64,000 nt of DNA from Spongospora subterranea f. sp. subterranea (Eukaryota). Shown one piece after another: positions 62,959-64,000 of this stretch (positions are counted from its first letter, which is position 1; each line of letters starts with the position of its first letter). The notes beneath the pieces were generated by a model, which was not told the DNA's origin, made no database searches, and saw only the letters and a list, made by a program, of their open reading frames with translations. The translations under genes and the position numbers were made by a program. The DNA lies in assembly GCA_049724395.1 (NCBI GenBank), contig JAUGWO010000056.1, forward strand, positions 1 to 64,000, read 5' to 3'.

Positions 62959-64000
62959 ATGCGTGTCCTCAACTTGTTGGGTTTGCTGCTTGTGGCGATC
63001 AGATCGACTCGATCTGTGACAACCGAACCTGGTCATGGTTGGGACGAACCGCTTGGCTCAGGTCAAACCAAAGTCGCTACAAGAATCGCCTCCTCCACAT
63101 TTTCGGTATGGATGGCGGAATTACGCGACAAAGAATTGCCAAATTCTGAGATCATTGGTCCATGCAGGACACCATGTCGCCATCGCTGGAGTGGAAAATG
63201 CTCCATGACAAGACCCAAAATTCACCATTTCCAGTATTCGAATATGCGACATGGGAGTCCGATTGGCTGAAAGGCACGTTTGATTATTTCAATAACAATC
63301 GTGTCGACCAGTGTGATGAAAGTTCTGCGATGAATGTATGAATGTAATTGCTCAGTTCATCCTCAAAAAGAGATTCGGCTAGTTAAGTGCGTTTTTAGGA
63401 ATGGCACTCGAGCCCGGGTTTGAAAATTGACGAGTCCCATATCAGTTTGAATTCGCAACTGCTGAACCAAGAGGGCGAGAACTTCGATTGCCTTATCGAT
63501 GCAAATCAAATTTCTATTGATTCGCAAATTTTGCCGCCAAAAGACATCCTCGAGAATCTCGTGCCCGATCACAGAAACGCCCACCAGTTTTGTGACAGTT
63601 CTTCCAGAAATTTGGCCGTTCAGTCCATGTCCAAATTGTGTTTGGGATTGCTAAGTTCGTTTTAGGATTTGACCCCGAACACGAGTTCAAACCGTGATGC
63701 ATCCCGTATCAGTATTGATGATCAACAGTCAATTGAAAGCGTAGAGGGCAAAACTTTCGATTGCCGCATTGAAAATACGATTATTTCGAAAATCCAGCCT
63801 GTTGACGTTCGTGAAAATTTCGTGCCAGTAAGAGATTGCCGAGAATCGTGATCACCAATATCTTATTATATGGCGTGCTAGGATGGATTTTACTGCTGCA
63901 GACTCACAAAATGGTTAAGGTTCGTCAATTCACGTACTTGGTTGGATTGAAATTGCTCTGTCCGCTCCTAAACTGGGACCTGGATGAGGTTAAAGACTAT
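62959..64000 (+). CDS. Paralogue of the 40299(-) secreted-protein gene, 5' part; runs off the window
   Basis: MRVLNLLGLLLVAIRSTRSVTTEPGHGWDEPLGSG. 62797-64000 is a diverged inverted copy of 39261-40465. Confidence 0.6.

Noticed and set aside
1..64000. Fanzor/TnpB, rRNA or tRNA genes
   Set aside because: No RuvC-like motif set, rRNA-like or cloverleaf sequence was recognised by eye. A covariance-model search would be needed to exclude small RNAs.

Overview
Eukaryotic, repeat-rich, probably subtelomeric DNA with short GT-AG introns (several 46-56 nt) and a TTTTAGGG telomere-type motif. This fits a phytomyxid-like protist such as Spongospora or Plasmodiophora, which is an inference only. The left end (1-6.7 kb) has two copies of a telomere-linked-helicase (TLH)-type gene (C2H2 + DUF3505-like Zn domain + GQP-R motif). 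The first copy breaks off into (TTTTAGGG)n, which is joined directly to the 3' end of a GC-rich non-LTR retrotransposon. The 6.7-22.5 kb region is a nest of decayed Ty3/gypsy, DD39D mariner, MULE and LINE elements, including a 3.6-kb inversion with 6-bp microhomology that splits two LTR elements reciprocally. The 23-40 kb region and the right end carry a cluster of signal-peptide genes: two AsaB/CmcJ/GA4-desaturase-like paralogues and a Cys/His-repeat family duplicated in inverted orientation. The 43-55.5 kb region holds host genes: SKA1, a multi-HMG-box + SAM protein and a GT60 GlcNAc-transferase. There are two satellites (37 bp and a hairpin-rich 53 bp). Several stretches look like long-read consensus errors, so many frameshifts may be artefacts. 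No CRISPR array, rRNA or tRNA was recognised.
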